Assembly (NCBI RefSeq): GCF_963921235.1
Contig: NC_086097.1
Span: 191,954,001-192,018,000, forward strand
From: Mobula hypostoma
Taxonomy: Eukaryota
Length of the DNA stretch: 64,000 nucleotides
Direction of reading: 5' to 3'
The translations under genes were made by a program, and so were the position numbers. The notes beneath the pieces are model-generated. The model worked only from the letters and a program-made list of their open reading frames with translations. It was not told where the DNA came from and ran no database searches. Below, in pieces: positions 35,936-49,373 of the stretch. Every line of letters begins with the position of its first letter. The stretch's first letter is position 1.

Positions 35936-36680
35936 CCACAATGGAGTTTTTTGGCCATCAGACTAAATGCAATGCTTGGTGTAAGCCAAACATTGCACAT
36001 CATCAAAAAATTGCCAACCATGGAGCATGCTGGTGGTTGCATTATGCTGTGGAGAAGCTTCACTGAAGTAGATCCTGGAAGGCTTGTGAAGGTAGAGCGT
36101 AAAATGAATGCAGTACAATTCAGGGAAATACTGGAGAAAATCCTGATGCAGTCTGCAAGAGAGCTGCGACTTGGGAGAAGATTTGTTTTCCAGCAAGACA
36201 ATGACCCCAAGCATAAAGCCAAAGCTACAGGGGAATGGCTTAAAAACAACAAAGTTAATGTTCTGGAGTGGCCAAGTCAGAGTCTAGACCTCAATCCAAT
36301 TGAGAATTTGTAGCTGGATTTGAAAAGTGTTGTTTACTCACGATCCCCATGCAATCTGACAGAGCTTGAGCAGTTTTGTAAAGAAGAATGGGGAGGAAAA
36401 TTGCAGTGTCCAGATGTGCAAAGATGGTAGAGACCTATCCACACAGACTCAGAGCTGTAATTGCTGCCAAAGGTGCACCTCCTAAATATTGACTTGAAGG
36501 GTGTGCCTACTTTTGCAATGCATTATTTCGTGTTTTTCACTTGTAATTAATTCCGATCACTTTGTAATGATCTGATTTCACTTTTTAATGTTGATCAGTG
36601 TCGAAAAGCCAAATTATATCTTTTGTGATTCAATGTTCAACAATAAAACATGAAAATTTCCAAGTGGGTGAATAATTTTA
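35936..36680 (+). mobile_element. Tc1 transposon 3' half (DDE domain and right TIR)
   Basis: HAGGCIMLW...FQQDNDPKH...WPSQSLDLNPIENL; same family as 49374-50953. Confidence 0.9.
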
Positions 36681-36986
36681 TTTTTTTTTTGTAACTCACT
36701 TTAATAAAAAGTTTACTTTGAACTTTGTCAGTGTGATCTTCACCCTACCCAACATTTTCATTTTAGTATAAAGCACCTCAAGTGACATCAATATTGATGC
36801 CACATGCAAAATTTGCCCTTAGTGACTTTCTCAAACTTACTGATTTGGGAAACGACAAATTTTACCTACATGTGGAAAATCTAGCATTTACAAACCTTAT
36901 CACCCTGAAAACATGCTGTTTGACAGTACAACACTGAAGTAAGATTCTTTCTCACTGATTTCTTTGACCATCTGTGACCACAATAA

Positions 36987-37226
36987 ACATGAGGAAATCT
37001 GCAGATGTTGGAAGTTCAAGCAACACACACAAAAAATGCTGGTGAACGCAGCAGGCCAGGCAGCATCTACTGGAAGAGGTACAGTCCACGTTTTGGGTCG
37101 AGACCCTTCGTTAGGACTAACTGAAAGAAGAGATAGTAAGAGATTTGAAAGTGGGAGGGGGAGGGGGAGATCGGAAATGATAGGAGAAGACAGGAAGGGG
37201 AGGGATGGAGCTAAGAGCTGGAAAGT
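36987..37226 (-). mobile_element. Solo PLE pLTR fragment with 12-bp TSD
   Basis: Flanked by TGACCACAATAA (36975-36986, 37227-37238); degenerate hammerhead at 37083-37118. Confidence 0.85.
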
Positions 37227-37542
37227 TGACCACAATAAGATCACATTCATTCAGTAACAGCACATCTGTGATGCAGCAGGAGTTTTGTTTGGATTAGGAT
37301 ATGTTTTTTTGAAGAGCTAGCTACAAAGATCCCATTACTGCGTTCTATGTTAAAAAATGCAAGAATTTTAGGATAATGCTTCAATTAAATTTACAAATGT
37401 CCATTCAAGCATTTTAATCTCTTCATGATGGTTTTAACTTCAAGGCATTTCTGTTGAGAATAATTTGGACAATGTGTTGCTTGGGTGGTCACAGCTTTGT
37501 GCGCCAAAGGGCCTGTATTGTGCTATATGTTGTTTTTCTAAT

Positions 37543-38733
37543 AGTTGGGTTGAGTTGTTCTCCAATCTTGGCAACTTACTTGCAAACGTTTCATCACCAT
37601 ACAAGGAGACATCATCAATGCACTGTTAATTATGGTGTTCTCCGAATGCTTGGCCTTTATATACTTACCAATCAGCTGATTGGTCATCATTACAGAAAGA
37701 ACTTCAATTGTGACGTAGGGAGGAAGTCTTGTCACTGATTGGTTGTGTGATGAGCTTTGTGTGTTGTGGTCTGGGAATTTGCCCACGTTGGCTCATAATT
37801 AGACTCAAGGTCTATATGCCTGTTTGGAGAATTGTTCATGAAAAACCATGCTTCCAGGAATTCTCTTGCATGCCGTATGTTTGCTTGTGCCGCTGATGCC
37901 CAGTCGAATTTGTGCCCCTTTAGATATTTATGGGTAGAGACTAGGGAGAGTTGGTCATGCTGCTTGAAAGCCAGTTAGTGTTCACAGATCAAGGGCGAAG
38001 AGGAGAAACATCTCTTTAAATTATTCGCACGAAATGATACCCATGGAACTTCATGTGAAGATGCCGATGAGGTTGACAATGTACCAACCAAGAAGCAACC
38101 AAACAGGTTGTCCTTTCATACATTTGAAATTTCTTGGAAATATTGGCCCGACCCCTCCAAGAATATAAAATTTTGGTTATGCGTAAGCCAACAGCAACAT
38201 CGAGGAGAGTGCTCTGCAGATCAAAAGAATGAACTAAGCTATTGGACAAAACCAATATGGTCTACAAATTCCAATGTGGAGACTACGGCAAATTATGTTG
38301 GCCAACCTGGAAGAAAACTCTCCACAAGGATCCATGAACATCAACTGGCTGTAAAGCGACATGACCAACTCTCCTTAGTCTCTACCCATGAAGATCAAGA
38401 GGGGCACAAATTTGACTGGGCATCAGTGAAAGTCATGGCATAAGCAAACATGCAGCATGAAAGAGAATTCCTAGAACTGTAGACCTTGATGCTATTTAGA
38501 TGTCAATATGGTCAAAATTCCAGAAAACAACGCACAAAGTTTGCCACACAACCAATCAGTGACAAGACTTCCTCACTACATCACAAATGGGTTTCCATAA
38601 TGACCACCAATCAGCTGATTGATAAGTTAAGGGCAAACACTTGGAGGACCCCACAATTAACAGCCCACCTATTACGTCTCCTTGTATGGTGACAAAACAA
38701 TTGCAAGTAAATTGCTAAGATTGGAGCATTTCT
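37543..38733. mobile_element. Second PLE family (Penelope/Poseidon-like) with inverted pLTR architecture
   Basis: Plus strand 37990-38733 encodes the linker and GIY-YIG (NMVYKFQC...YVGQPGRKLSTRIHEH...GHKFDW); 37543-37990 is an inverted copy of the 3' end; hammerhead-like motif at 37581-37622 (minus). Confidence 0.82.
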
Positions 38734-38757
38734 GTTCATTAATAAATGTGGCTTTAA

Positions 38758-38965
38758 TTGTAGATGCCACAATCTAGAGTGAAAAAAAACTGATGGAGAC
38801 ACTTAGTAGATATCAGACAGCATCTAGGATAGTCAAAGTTTTGGGTTAAAACTCTGCATGAGTAATGGTGTTGGTCCTCAACCCAAAATGTTGACTATCC
38901 CTTTGCCTCCAGATATGCTATCAGATCCACTGGCATCCTCCAGCAGTTTGTTTTTAGATTTTAAT
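38758..38965. mobile_element. Old fold-back PLE mini-element
   Basis: GGATAGTCAAAGTTTTGGGTT pairs with AACCCAAAATGTTGACTATCC; flanking arms are also inverted. Confidence 0.6.
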
Positions 38966-39483
38966 TCTCTATTTTTTTAATCATACAACAGATTTGTCAT
39001 TTCTCAGGTTATTTTTGGAGAAATTCCCAATGCACAATATGTGCATTAGGATTCATTAATCACAAAAAAATGTTGGAAATACTCAGCATATTTGCCAATA
39101 AGTATAGAGTAACATTTCAGGTCAAGACCTTTTATCAGTATTGGAATATATTAAGAAGTTTAGCAAGAATTGTAGAGGAAGGGAGAGGGTGGGTTGGACG
39201 GGAAGCAGGTCTGTTATAGGGGATAATACATATCGATTTGATCTCACTTCCATGTATAACTGCTTTGATAGAGGTCGAGAAGCATGTAACATGTGGAAAC
39301 ACTTTGAACCACACACCCTAAAGCAGATATATTGCTTTGAATTGAAACTGCTTTTTGTCACGTCATTTTGATGATACAAATCAGCTGGAAATTGAAGGCA
39401 CAGTACACTGCTTTGTGCTTATAGCTGATCATTTCTGATTAATGTATATTGGGATTTCAAAACTATCCTTTAATTGTATTCAA

Positions 39484-39788
39484 TCACAAACAAGACAAAA
39501 TCTGCTGTTGCTGGAAATCCAAGCAACACACACAAAATGCTGGAGGAACTCAGCAGGCCAGGCAGCATCTATGGAAAAGAGTAGAGTTGACGTTTTGGGC
39601 CGAGACCCTTCAACAGGACTGGAGAGAAAAAGGCTGGAGATAAGGTGAGAGAGGGAAAAGGGGATGGGAAATGGTGAAGGAGAGGGGTAGTGATGTCTAC
39701 TACTGGATGCTGCCAGCACAGCTGAGTTTCCCCAGCATTTTGTGTGTGTTGCTTGGATTTCCAACATCTGCAGATTTTCTCTTGTTTG
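39484..39788. mobile_element. PLE pLTR with inverted termini (subfamily B)
   Basis: 39484-39570 is the reverse complement of 39704-39788; degenerate hammerhead at 39585-39620. Confidence 0.8.
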
Positions 39789-40549
39789 AGTTGGAAATAA
39801 AAGTTACTGTAATCTATTGTGACGATCCTATAGCAAAATGATAAGTTGAAACAAATCAAATGGGACTAAAATGCATACTTATGACTTGGTATAATAAAAT
39901 GTGAACTTGATTGTAGATTGTAAGAAACCACAAGACTAGTTGAAACTAGTTGGGATGGTAACAGTCACTAACTTGGCCACTTTTATTATACCTTCAGTTC
40001 CCTCAAGAATTGACATCACCAATGGTAGGTTGGTGCAGGCCATTGATGTTACGTAGCATAATTTCACTGAACAGGAGTCATTACAAAATATGTAATGTAA
40101 CTTGTAATTTTACTCATTGTACTAAATATGTTATTTGCATATAGTCAGTTGTACTATTTGCCAGCCCCAGTCATTAAAAACAAAGTGACTGGCATTTTCC
40201 AGTGAGATTATATTGTGAAGGTGTAGTAGATTTGAAACTAATTCATGAGAAAAACCTCAGCTTCCTGCCTGCACATGTCATTGTGGATCCTCACCTGCAA
40301 AGAAAAACAGCCTGAAAATAACAGAAAAAAAATTTATGTGTCAATATGTTACATGAATTGAAAGTATTTGAGGAGCTTAATGCAGCTGTCTTGAACCTAT
40401 CAATCTGTGAAGCATCTAGGTCAAACAGTTTATCCTCCCTCACACTCCAAGATGAGATCCCGCTACCTTCAAGTATAGATTCTACTCTTTTAGGATGACC
40501 TTTTGCCTTGCACAATCTCTTATTCTGTCATCTCCCCAGATGCTCCATA

Positions 40550-40894
40550 CGAGGGGTGATTGATAAGTTCGTAGCCTGAGGTAAAAGAAGATGAATTATA
40601 CAGCTCTCGTTACATGCATGTGTAGTTTAACTCTTTGAGTGATTATGCAGAAAGTTTGAAGTTAATAACTCACCTCCTTCTACCTTAGGCCACAAACTTA
40701 TCAATCATCCCTCCTGTGGACCATTTTCTGAAGGTCCAAGGCGCCAACTTCTACAAAGAAGGGATCCGTATGCTCCACGACCGCTGAACTAAGTGTGCAA
40801 ATGTAGGAAGGGATTATGTTGAAAAATAAATGTGCTAGGTTTTCTAAAATTGACTCCCTCTACTTTAGGCCACAAACTTATCAATCACCCCTCG
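40550..40894 (+). mobile_element. Non-autonomous mariner derivative with three TIR copies
   Basis: TA-CGAGGGGTGATTGATAAGTT... and ...AACTTATCAATCACCCCTCG; internal right-TIR copy at about 40672-40713; transposase C-terminus FYKEGIRMLHDR*TKCANVGRDYVEK*. Confidence 0.85.
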
Positions 40895-40954
40895 TGTTTC
40901 CGTATCATAGACTTTGTCTTTTATTCTCTTACTTTTCTTTTTGTGGAATCTTTT

Positions 40955-41490
40955 TTCTTTTTCAATCTTTTTAATAATATCAAAATCTCAAACATTACAA
41001 AAAATTGATACAAAGCTATTGGGATTACATCGTTAATAATTAGTATACATGGATATAAACACAGTTAATACACAGATATTAACATCCCAAAATCTTACAG
41101 AGTACAAATTTAGTAGTATATTAAAAAAAATTCAAAAATATCCTTGAAAAAGAAAGGAGAGAAAAATATGCCTCAAAAAGAAAAAAACCCTAATCTAAAT
41201 CAAACTAATCAACTAACCTAAAAAAAAGAAATAGAAGAAATGGGCTATTATGTTACATCAGATAAAACCAATGTTGCCATTAACTCCGCTCCTCTCTCCA
41301 TAGATCTAAAAGTAGCAGAGTACATTTGGAGAGGCTCAAACTACGTATGAAAGTATTGAATAAATGGCCTCCAAGTCTCTTCGAATTTAATAGAAGGATC
41401 ATAAATGACAGTTCTAATATTTTCTAAATTTAAACATGACATAGTTTGAGAGAACCATTGAAATGTAGTAGGATTAATCTCTTTTCAATT
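40955..41490 (-). mobile_element. L1-clade LINE 3' end
   Basis: Minus strand encodes PTTFQWFSQTMSCLNLENIR...KFEETWRPFIQYF, resembling an L1 ORF2 C-terminus, followed by a T-rich 3' UTR. Confidence 0.7.
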
Positions 41491-42496
41491 TAGTCTTAGA
41501 AATTTTTCCTCAGAATCTTTTCTACTTAAGATCACTAACTTGAAATATTTACTCTCCTTTTCTTTCCTCAAACTCTTTCTATCCTGTTGAGTGTTTCTTA
41601 TGTTTTCTGTTCTGTTTTGACTCTTGTATTTATTTTGGCATTTTTGATGTATTTATGGAATTTGTCATAAGTACCCCGGGTGATGTTCTGAGTGTCGGAC
41701 ATTCATCGAGGACTGCTCAAGGCTCATATATCAGCATTGGTTTTGGAAGCCAAAATACCCTGGTCAGAGCTGTCCGTTCACAGATCTAACCTTGCAAGTT
41801 TTACTCCGTAACTCCAGCAAAAATATTTACAGGACAGAGATACCCAGAAAAACAATGAACATTTGTGAAAATGTTCATGTAAAATTGACTTGCATTGTAT
41901 CTAATAATAGCTGTTATAAAGGGTGATTGTGGCATCAAGGCTACTATTGAATATTGACTGCTCCTTTGAATTGTACGTTGAACATCGCCGAGCTACTCAG
42001 AAATGGCATTTTAAGGTAACTAAGCTAGTTACTGCCAAGCTCCTGAGTTTCTGAGACTTTTCACTTCACAAACCTGGAAGTCACACACAAAAAAGTCTAA
42101 CAGTTGATGTCAGAATTGGTCCTAACAAGAATTGTAGTTATGCTTTGAAAATGAGGAGCTATTGGAAAGGAAATCAGTGCCCATGGGAACGAACTGATGG
42201 GCATGAAGTTGAAGCTGATGAATCAAGGAGAGCAATCCAAGCCACAATGGACAAGAGAGTTGCAAAATATTGTTCTCAGGTGTGTTCCTGAAAGTATCAC
42301 ACCAAATATTCTCAAAGAAAATTTCAAAGACATTGTTAGCATCTGAATTCTGGTCTCTAGAATTCATGGGGTATTGATTATAATTAAATTGAAAGCAAAA
42401 ACAACTTGCAGCAGAGCTGAGGTCAAGGAGCCGTCCCTTGTTATTGATTACACAGCTAGTAAAGATCACACAGTGCAAAGGGAGGACAAAATAGCA

Positions 42497-43200
42497 AAGT
42501 TCAAAGTTCTAAGTAAATTTAATATTGAAGTACCTATATGTCAGCATGTGCAAAACTGAGGTTCATTTTCATGTGGACAATCACAGTAAACCCAAAAAAC
42601 ACAATTTAATCAATAAAAGACCACACCCAACAGGATGGATAATAATGAGCATAAAACAAAAAAAAATGAACTGTGCAAATACAAAAAGAAAAAAAATCAG
42701 GAATAACTATTGAGAATATGAGATGAAGAGTCCTTGAAGGTGAGTCCAAAGGTTGTGGGAATAGCTCAGATTGGGCAAATGAAGTTGAATGAAGTTATCC
42801 TCTCTGGTTCAAGATCCTGATGGTTGAGGGGTAATAACTGTTCCTGAACCTGCTGATATGGATTCTGAGGCTCCTGTATCTTCTCCTTGATGGCAACAGT
42901 GAGAAGAGAGCATACGCTGGGTGGTGGGGGTCCTTGATGATGGATGCTGCTTTCGGCGATAGAGCCCCGTATAGATGTGCTCAATGGTGGGGAGAGCTTT
43001 ACCCGTGATACACTGGGCTGTATCCCCTGTTTTTTTGTATGCTGTTCCATACAAGGGTATTGGTGTTTCCATACCAGGCTATGGTACAACCAACCAATAT
43101 ACTTTCCACCACACATCTGCTGATTTGTCACTACCTTCATTCGTCAAGAATAGTGGAGTTGTTGGCAAACTTAAATATGCTTAGCCTCAGTCACAGGCCT
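42497..43200 (-). mobile_element. Rex1/Babar LINE 3' end
   Basis: AQCITGKALPTIEHIY; 3' UTR homologous to 3345-3660 and 4017-4380. Confidence 0.8.
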
Positions 43201-43250
43201 AAGGCTTGAACCTTATTGTTTAGCATGGGTCCAATATTAAGTGTTAAACA

Positions 43251-43402
43251 CACAAAATGCCGCAGGAACAGATTCCTGCTGAAGGGTCTTGGCCTGAAAC
43301 GTCGACTGTACTTTTTTTCCATAGATGCTGCCTGGCTTGCTGAGTTCCTCCAGCATTTTTTGTGTGTTGCTTGGATTTCCAACATCTGCAGATTTTCTCT
43401 TC
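43251..43402 (+). mobile_element. 152-bp PLE mini-insert with 14-bp TSD
   Basis: Flanked by TTAAGTGTTAAACA (43237-43250, 43403-43416); hammerhead variant CTGCTGA AGG GTCTTGG CCT GAAA CGTC GAC; short inverted 5' piece. Confidence 0.85.
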
Positions 43403-45319
43403 TTAAGTGTTAAACAATCTGTTACATGCAGTCATAAAATATACTTGTTCAGGATATTCTTCAATAGCAATGAGATATGGAAGTTCTTCAGCAATACAAA
43501 GGTCGACAAACAATACTGTGAAGATGGATAAAGAAACACAATGGATGCAATAGCATTATAGCTAACTGCTCTTTCTACTGACATGATTAAGAAACCTTTA
43601 AAGAATTTTCGAAAGGAAGAAAGAAAGAAAGTAAGACTAAAATAATACCAAAAGCAAGACAGTGAGGATTTAGGCCTTTTGTGTTTTGTACTGGGAGAAG
43701 GTGAAAATCAACTGAAGTATGAAAAGGAAAATATAGAAACACAATATGTGAGACTTAAATTGACTGTGGTTGAAATAACCAGAAATAATGAGGTGGCACA
43801 TAGGCAAATAATTTAAAGGAGAAATATGGGAGGATAAGAAAGGGACATAGTAACTTCCAAAAGTAATGCCCTGGATGAGGAATTTTTCCAATGCCTTATT
43901 AGTTGGACGTTAGATCCCAGTTTTGACTCTGACAGCGATGATGAAATCGATGTTAAACTTATAGAATGGTAATTATTTAAATGCAAAGGATGACAATAGG
44001 GGTAAGATGATTCTCAAAATGTGTTTGAAGTAGATTTTATTGGAGAATATGAAGAAGTAAAGGGGAAAGTGACAATGGAGATCCTGAGAAATCTGGGTCA
44101 ATTCTGAAAGGAGTGAACAGTTTTCAATGAACTTAAACACAGCACTGTTACAGAGACTGCAGGAGAGCCTTAGACAATCGAAGACAGAGTTAAGCCACAT
44201 AAATACTTTTCTGAGAAGCTGAAGCAGGAGTTGGCTACTCTGCCCTTCATACTTGCTGCAGGGAGATTGTGACAGATATTTTATCTCAAAACCTCTTTCC
44301 TGCATGGATCTTATATCGCTTGATTCTGCCAATATCTAAAATATTTATGTCCTTTCCTTTTCTTCTTTTGAAAGAGAGAATAATTTGTTGTATTTAGTAT
44401 TTGCCTTTAAAGGGCTACTCCGGCTTTTAGTCTGCTACCTTATTATGCATGAGGTCATGTGAAAATCTACTATGTTGCAGCAGTTGTTTGTAGAGGTTTG
44501 TAGAAACAGCACGAAGTGATCCTTGGTATTATCACGTGTGCTGTGCTGAGTTCTCAAGTTTAAGGTCTGTTTCTTTCTTCACTCACAAGATTATCTGAAA
44601 AACTCTAATTCCACATTGTTATCTGTGCAAAGCTTTTGAACATGCTTTCATTTCATTATGGCTTTCTTCATTTACGTGATGGTCCATGCACAGTCAGTGA
44701 AGATTGCAGCACACATTGTCATATGTTATTTGAAAGAAATATTGAATATTCTTTAGAAAATCAAAATCTTGGCCTCCACCCAGTCACAGACATTTTTCAC
44801 TGCTGCATCAGATATTTTGATTTCTAATCTTTCCTATATCCAATGAAAGGTCATCAAACTGAATCATTAACTCTATTCCTCTCTGCAGAGTGCTGCTCGA
44901 CATGCTGCGTATTGCCAGCATTTTCCATTTTCTTTTCAAGGTTTGTGGTTTCTCGTTATCTGATAATTAACAGCAAGTATGATGGAACATCTGGTGTGTT
45001 CAGTCATGTTACTAAACCCAGAATGAGTAATCGTTCTATGTTTGGTAAATCATTGTTTTCCTTTTAGCCTTTTTTTTTGCATGTAGTGACTGGGGAGATG
45101 GTATCAAGCAAAATGCTACTTCTCGCATGACTGAAATCCTGGTACAGCCAACGTGCTTCAGGAAAGGCATTGAAAAACATGCCTGCGTGATCCCATATCT
45201 GACAAGAGGAATGAGTAGATGGATAAAAAGCCACAGAAAAAGTTGGAGAGATGGGGAATGGTGCTGGCTCAGGGTCGGATTTGCTATCTATGTACCAAGC
45301 AGAAGTTTGCCATTGTGGA

Positions 45320-45562
45320 TGCCATGGTAATGTAGTCTTTAATATGAAGCTATTCCAGCTCAGGGCATGCCAGAGTTCTGAGTTCAATTCCAGCACCTTT
45401 CTGTAGGGGGTTTCTGTATGTCCTCCCCATGGAATGCATGGGGTTTTGGTAGGTGCTCTGGTTTCCTCTCAGATTAGGTTATAGTTAATCAGAGCTGTGG
45501 ATACGCAAAGCGCCAGAAGGGCATGCTGCATGCTGCACTCTGTATTGCGAAATAAATAAATA
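45320..45562 (+). mobile_element. Decayed tRNA-derived V-SINE
   Basis: B-box GAGTTCAATTCC, GGTGCTCTGGTTTCCTC, and an AAATAAATAAATAA tail. Confidence 0.65.
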
Positions 45563-45849
45563 ATGCTGTTGTGCTGTACTTTGATAATGCTCAGAGCTCC
45601 TTCTGTGGAATGATGAAGAATATTAATAGAAACTAAGAGCATTTCGAAGGGAATGTCTAAAACTATGACATTCTATAGCTTTCTCAAACAAGACATGTTT
45701 CAATTCTCTTAACCAGTAAAGTATATTAAATAACATTTGAAAACAGAGTTACTATTCAAAATCTTTACCTCTGACCTAATTTAGACAGAGATAGCAAGTG
45801 ATATTTCTCAATACTCTTGTGATGTTGAAATGCTGTGACACTGTGCTGA

Positions 45850-47378
45850 CCCAAACAAGGCTGCAGGACCGGATGGTGTCAGTACCAGGGTGTTCAAAGC
45901 CTGTACCCCTCAGCTATGTGGAGTACTTCGACATGTCTTCAAACTGAGCCTGAGGCTCCGGAGGGTTCCTGTGCTGTGGAAGACATCCTGTCTCGTCCCT
46001 GTACCGAAGACGCCGTGCCCCAGTGGCCTCAATGACTACAGACCGGTGGCATTGACCTCCCACATCATGAAGACCCTGGAGAGACTTGTTCTGGAGCTGC
46101 TCCGGCCTATGGTTAGGCCACACTTAGATCCCCTCCAGTTCGCCTACCAGCCCCGACTAGGAGTTGAGGATGCCATAGTCTACCTGCTGAACCGTGTCTA
46201 CGTCCACCTGGACAAGCCAGCGAGCACTGTCTTTTGACTTCTCCAGTGTGTTCAACACCATCCGCCCTGCTCTGCTGGGGGAGAAGCTGACAGCGATGCA
46301 GGTGGATGCTTTCCTGGTGACATGGATTCTTGATTAGCTGACTGGCAGATCACAGTACGTGTGCTTGAAACACTATGTGTTTGACAGAGTGATCAGCAGC
46401 ACTGGGGCTCCACAGGGGACTGTCTTGTCTCCCTTTCTCTTCACTATTTACACCTCGGACTTCAACTACTGCATAGAGTCTTGTCATCTTCAGAAGTTCT
46501 CTGATGACTCTGCCATAGTTGGATGCATCAGCAGGAGAGATGAGGCCGAGTACAGGGCTATGGTAGGAAACTTTGTCACATGGTGTGAGCAGAATTATCT
46601 GCAGCTTAATGTGAAAAAGACTAAGGAGCTGGTGGTAGACCTAAGGAGTGCTAAGGTACTGGTGATTCCTGTTTCCTTCTAGGGGGTCAGTGTGGACATG
46701 GTGGAGGATTACAAATACCTGGGGATACGAATTGACAATAAACTGGTCTGGCCAAAGAACACTGAGGCTGTCTACAAGAAGGGTCAGAGCCATCTCTATT
46801 TCCTGAGGAGACTGAGGTCCTTTAACATCTGCTGGATGATGCTGAGGATGTTCTACGAGTCTATGGTGGCCAGTGCTATCATGTTTGCTGTTGTGTGATG
46901 GGGCAGCAGGCTGAGGGTAGAAGACACCAACAGAATCAACAATCTCATTCGTAAGGCCAGTGATGTTGTGGGGATGGAACTGGACTCTTTGACGGTGGTG
47001 TCTGAAAAGAGGATGCTGTCCAAGTTGCATGCCATCTTGGACAATGTCTCCCATCCACTACATAATGTACTGGTTGGGCACAGGAGTACATTCAGCCAGA
47101 GACTCATTCCACCAAGATGCAACACAGAGCGTCATAGGAAGTCATTCCTGCCTGTGGCCATCAAACTTTACAACTCCTCCCTTGGAGGGTCAGACACCCT
47201 GAGCCAATAGGCTGGTCCTGGACTTATTTCATAATTTACCAGTATAATTTACATATTACTATTTAACTATTTATAGTTCTATTACTATCTATTGTTTATG
47301 GTGCAACTGTAACAAAAACCAATTTCCCCCGGGATCAATAAAGTATGACTATGACTATGACTATGACTATGACTATGA
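45850..47378 (+). mobile_element. 5'-truncated Rex1/Babar LINE (RT) with (ACTATG)n tail
   Basis: NDYRPVALTSHIMK, DPLQFAY, TGAPQGTVLSPFLF, KFSDD, YKYLG, SFLPVAIKLYN; AATAAA followed by a hexamer tandem tail at 47343-47378. Confidence 0.95.
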
Positions 47379-48269
47379 TAAAGTCTGCATTTCACCAGTC
47401 ACAAAGGAGAAAAAAGTCACTGGGATCAAAGGTTCAAATGGCTTTGCACTGAGGAACTGAAGAATCAGAGCAGAAAATTGTATAAGAAATTTTGTCTGTT
47501 TTCTTCTACAACCATAATTATCATAGGAAAAATAATAACTATTGAAGGTCAGGAACACAGAATCCATGATTTTCCTTCTTGGCCTTATGTGTGCATGATA
47601 ACTAACACAGAGATTCTCCCAAACATGTGCAGTGATATCTATGGACTCTACATACCCAAATTTCTTACATGTTGCCACTCTTCCAGAGGCAAGCCTTCAC
47701 TAAAAGCGTGATGTGTGCTTCATCAAGGAGTCTGACACAATCAGATATGTGGTATTTGGGTAAATGAACACACTCCTTATACAGTTCTCTATGTGGGATC
47801 TCCTTGATATGATAACAATTCCAAATATTGTGTTACTTTCACGGTTATCTGCATAAGCGGGGGATTCAGATAAATTAACATATACCGTCTCTGTTGTTGC
47901 AACATCCTACAGATGTCATCCTTATCTTGGATGACAATGATATGACTGTGGACAGTTAAGACACAAGATGCAATATTATACCAAGCAAGAAATCTAAAAA
48001 TAATTCAATGATCTCAATGAAAACAGAATGGAAAAAAGATCAACAGATATGATGACATTCCCTTTCCATTTCCAGTTGAGAAGAAAATTAGATTCATTCT
48101 GTCCGCATTTGTGCTTATTGTCAAATGGCCAATTTCAATATAATAAAGACATTTGAGGATATAGTAAATATAATATAATATAAACATTTAAATGCAAATC
48201 AAAAATGAGCAAAAGGTAAATCATTTTTGCAGCAAGTGTGTAAAGAACAAAAACTGCAACTAACCTAAT

Positions 48270-48487
48270 CAATGAAGCCCAAAAGTTCTGGAAATACTCA
48301 GAGGGTCAGACAGCATTTGCAGAAAGAGAAACAGAGTTAACGTTACAGATTTGAGACCCTTTGACAGAACATTCCGATGATTGCTTCAAACTTAAAATGT
48401 TAACTCTGTATCTATTTCTAAAGATGCTTCCTGACATGTATTTACAGTATTTTCTGATTTTTTTTTCAGGTTTCTAGCATCTGAATT
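48270..48487. mobile_element. Old fold-back PLE mini-element
   Basis: AGAAAGAGAAACAGAGTTAACGTT pairs with AATGTTAACTCTGTATCTATTTCT; degenerate hammerhead remnants on both strands. Confidence 0.6.
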
Positions 48488-49373
48488 CAATTTCACTTTC
48501 AAAAATAAATTTTGTTTGACAGTTTACATTATTCAGAGTACATCACTAATAAAAACAAAAAAAAGTTTTTACCCTCAGATATTTATTAGAGAAACACTTA
48601 AATCTCTATTTAGAAAACCTTAAAAAGTTTACTGTAGTCAAATGTACTCAATAAGCATTGCAGCAAATTCTGACCTCGTCAGCACCAAGCTCACACTGAT
48701 AGCTGTCCAAACAAATGAATGACTAACCAAGTTATTAAGTAACTAGAATTAGTAGGTAAATTGAATTAAAAGTAAATTAGAATAACTGGGAGAGTTGCTT
48801 ATAGATTGTATTAAGCAATTGCTGTAGTAATTGATTATTTTTATGAAACCCTTACTCACTTTAAACTTACACCATTGAAAAATAAATGATAAAAATAATT
48901 TCTTTAAGATTTGAGCAGGACAGATCGAAGTTAGTGTTTGAAATGGTCAAAATTTAAGTATGAACATCAGAAACTTAATAAACACTTAAAGTTAACTGAA
49001 TAAAATTTAATATTAATATTGAATTTGTGTTTATTTGGAATAGAACTCAGGTGAGAATGAGGAGAATGTCAATGAACATGATGTAGAAAATGGGCGAGGA
49101 ACAGATTTTGCCTTAAGAGAACAAGAATGTAAATGATCAATTGTATGCAGCACTCAAAGGAGACAGATCAAAGAGTACCATAAGATGGCAGAAGGAAGAC
49201 TTCCAAATTTCCAGTGTTACCAGTTAATCATGCAAAAGAATTAGGATGGAAACAAAAGGAATTAATTCACAGTGTTATGAGGTAAAGTTTTGCCATGGAA
49301 AGATTTACAAGCTCCATCACTTCAATGGATAGATCTATACCTTTTACATATCGAAATACACTTTTACTGCCTA

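Noticed and set aside
40295..40311. 17-nt minus-strand micro-exon or tandem acceptors
   Set aside because: No recognisable peptide and no supporting gene structure
42122..45396. ORFs of 60-120 aa in unique sequence (42122, 43973, 45064, 45127)
   Set aside because: No recognisable domains and no convincing paired splice sites; lengths are compatible with chance
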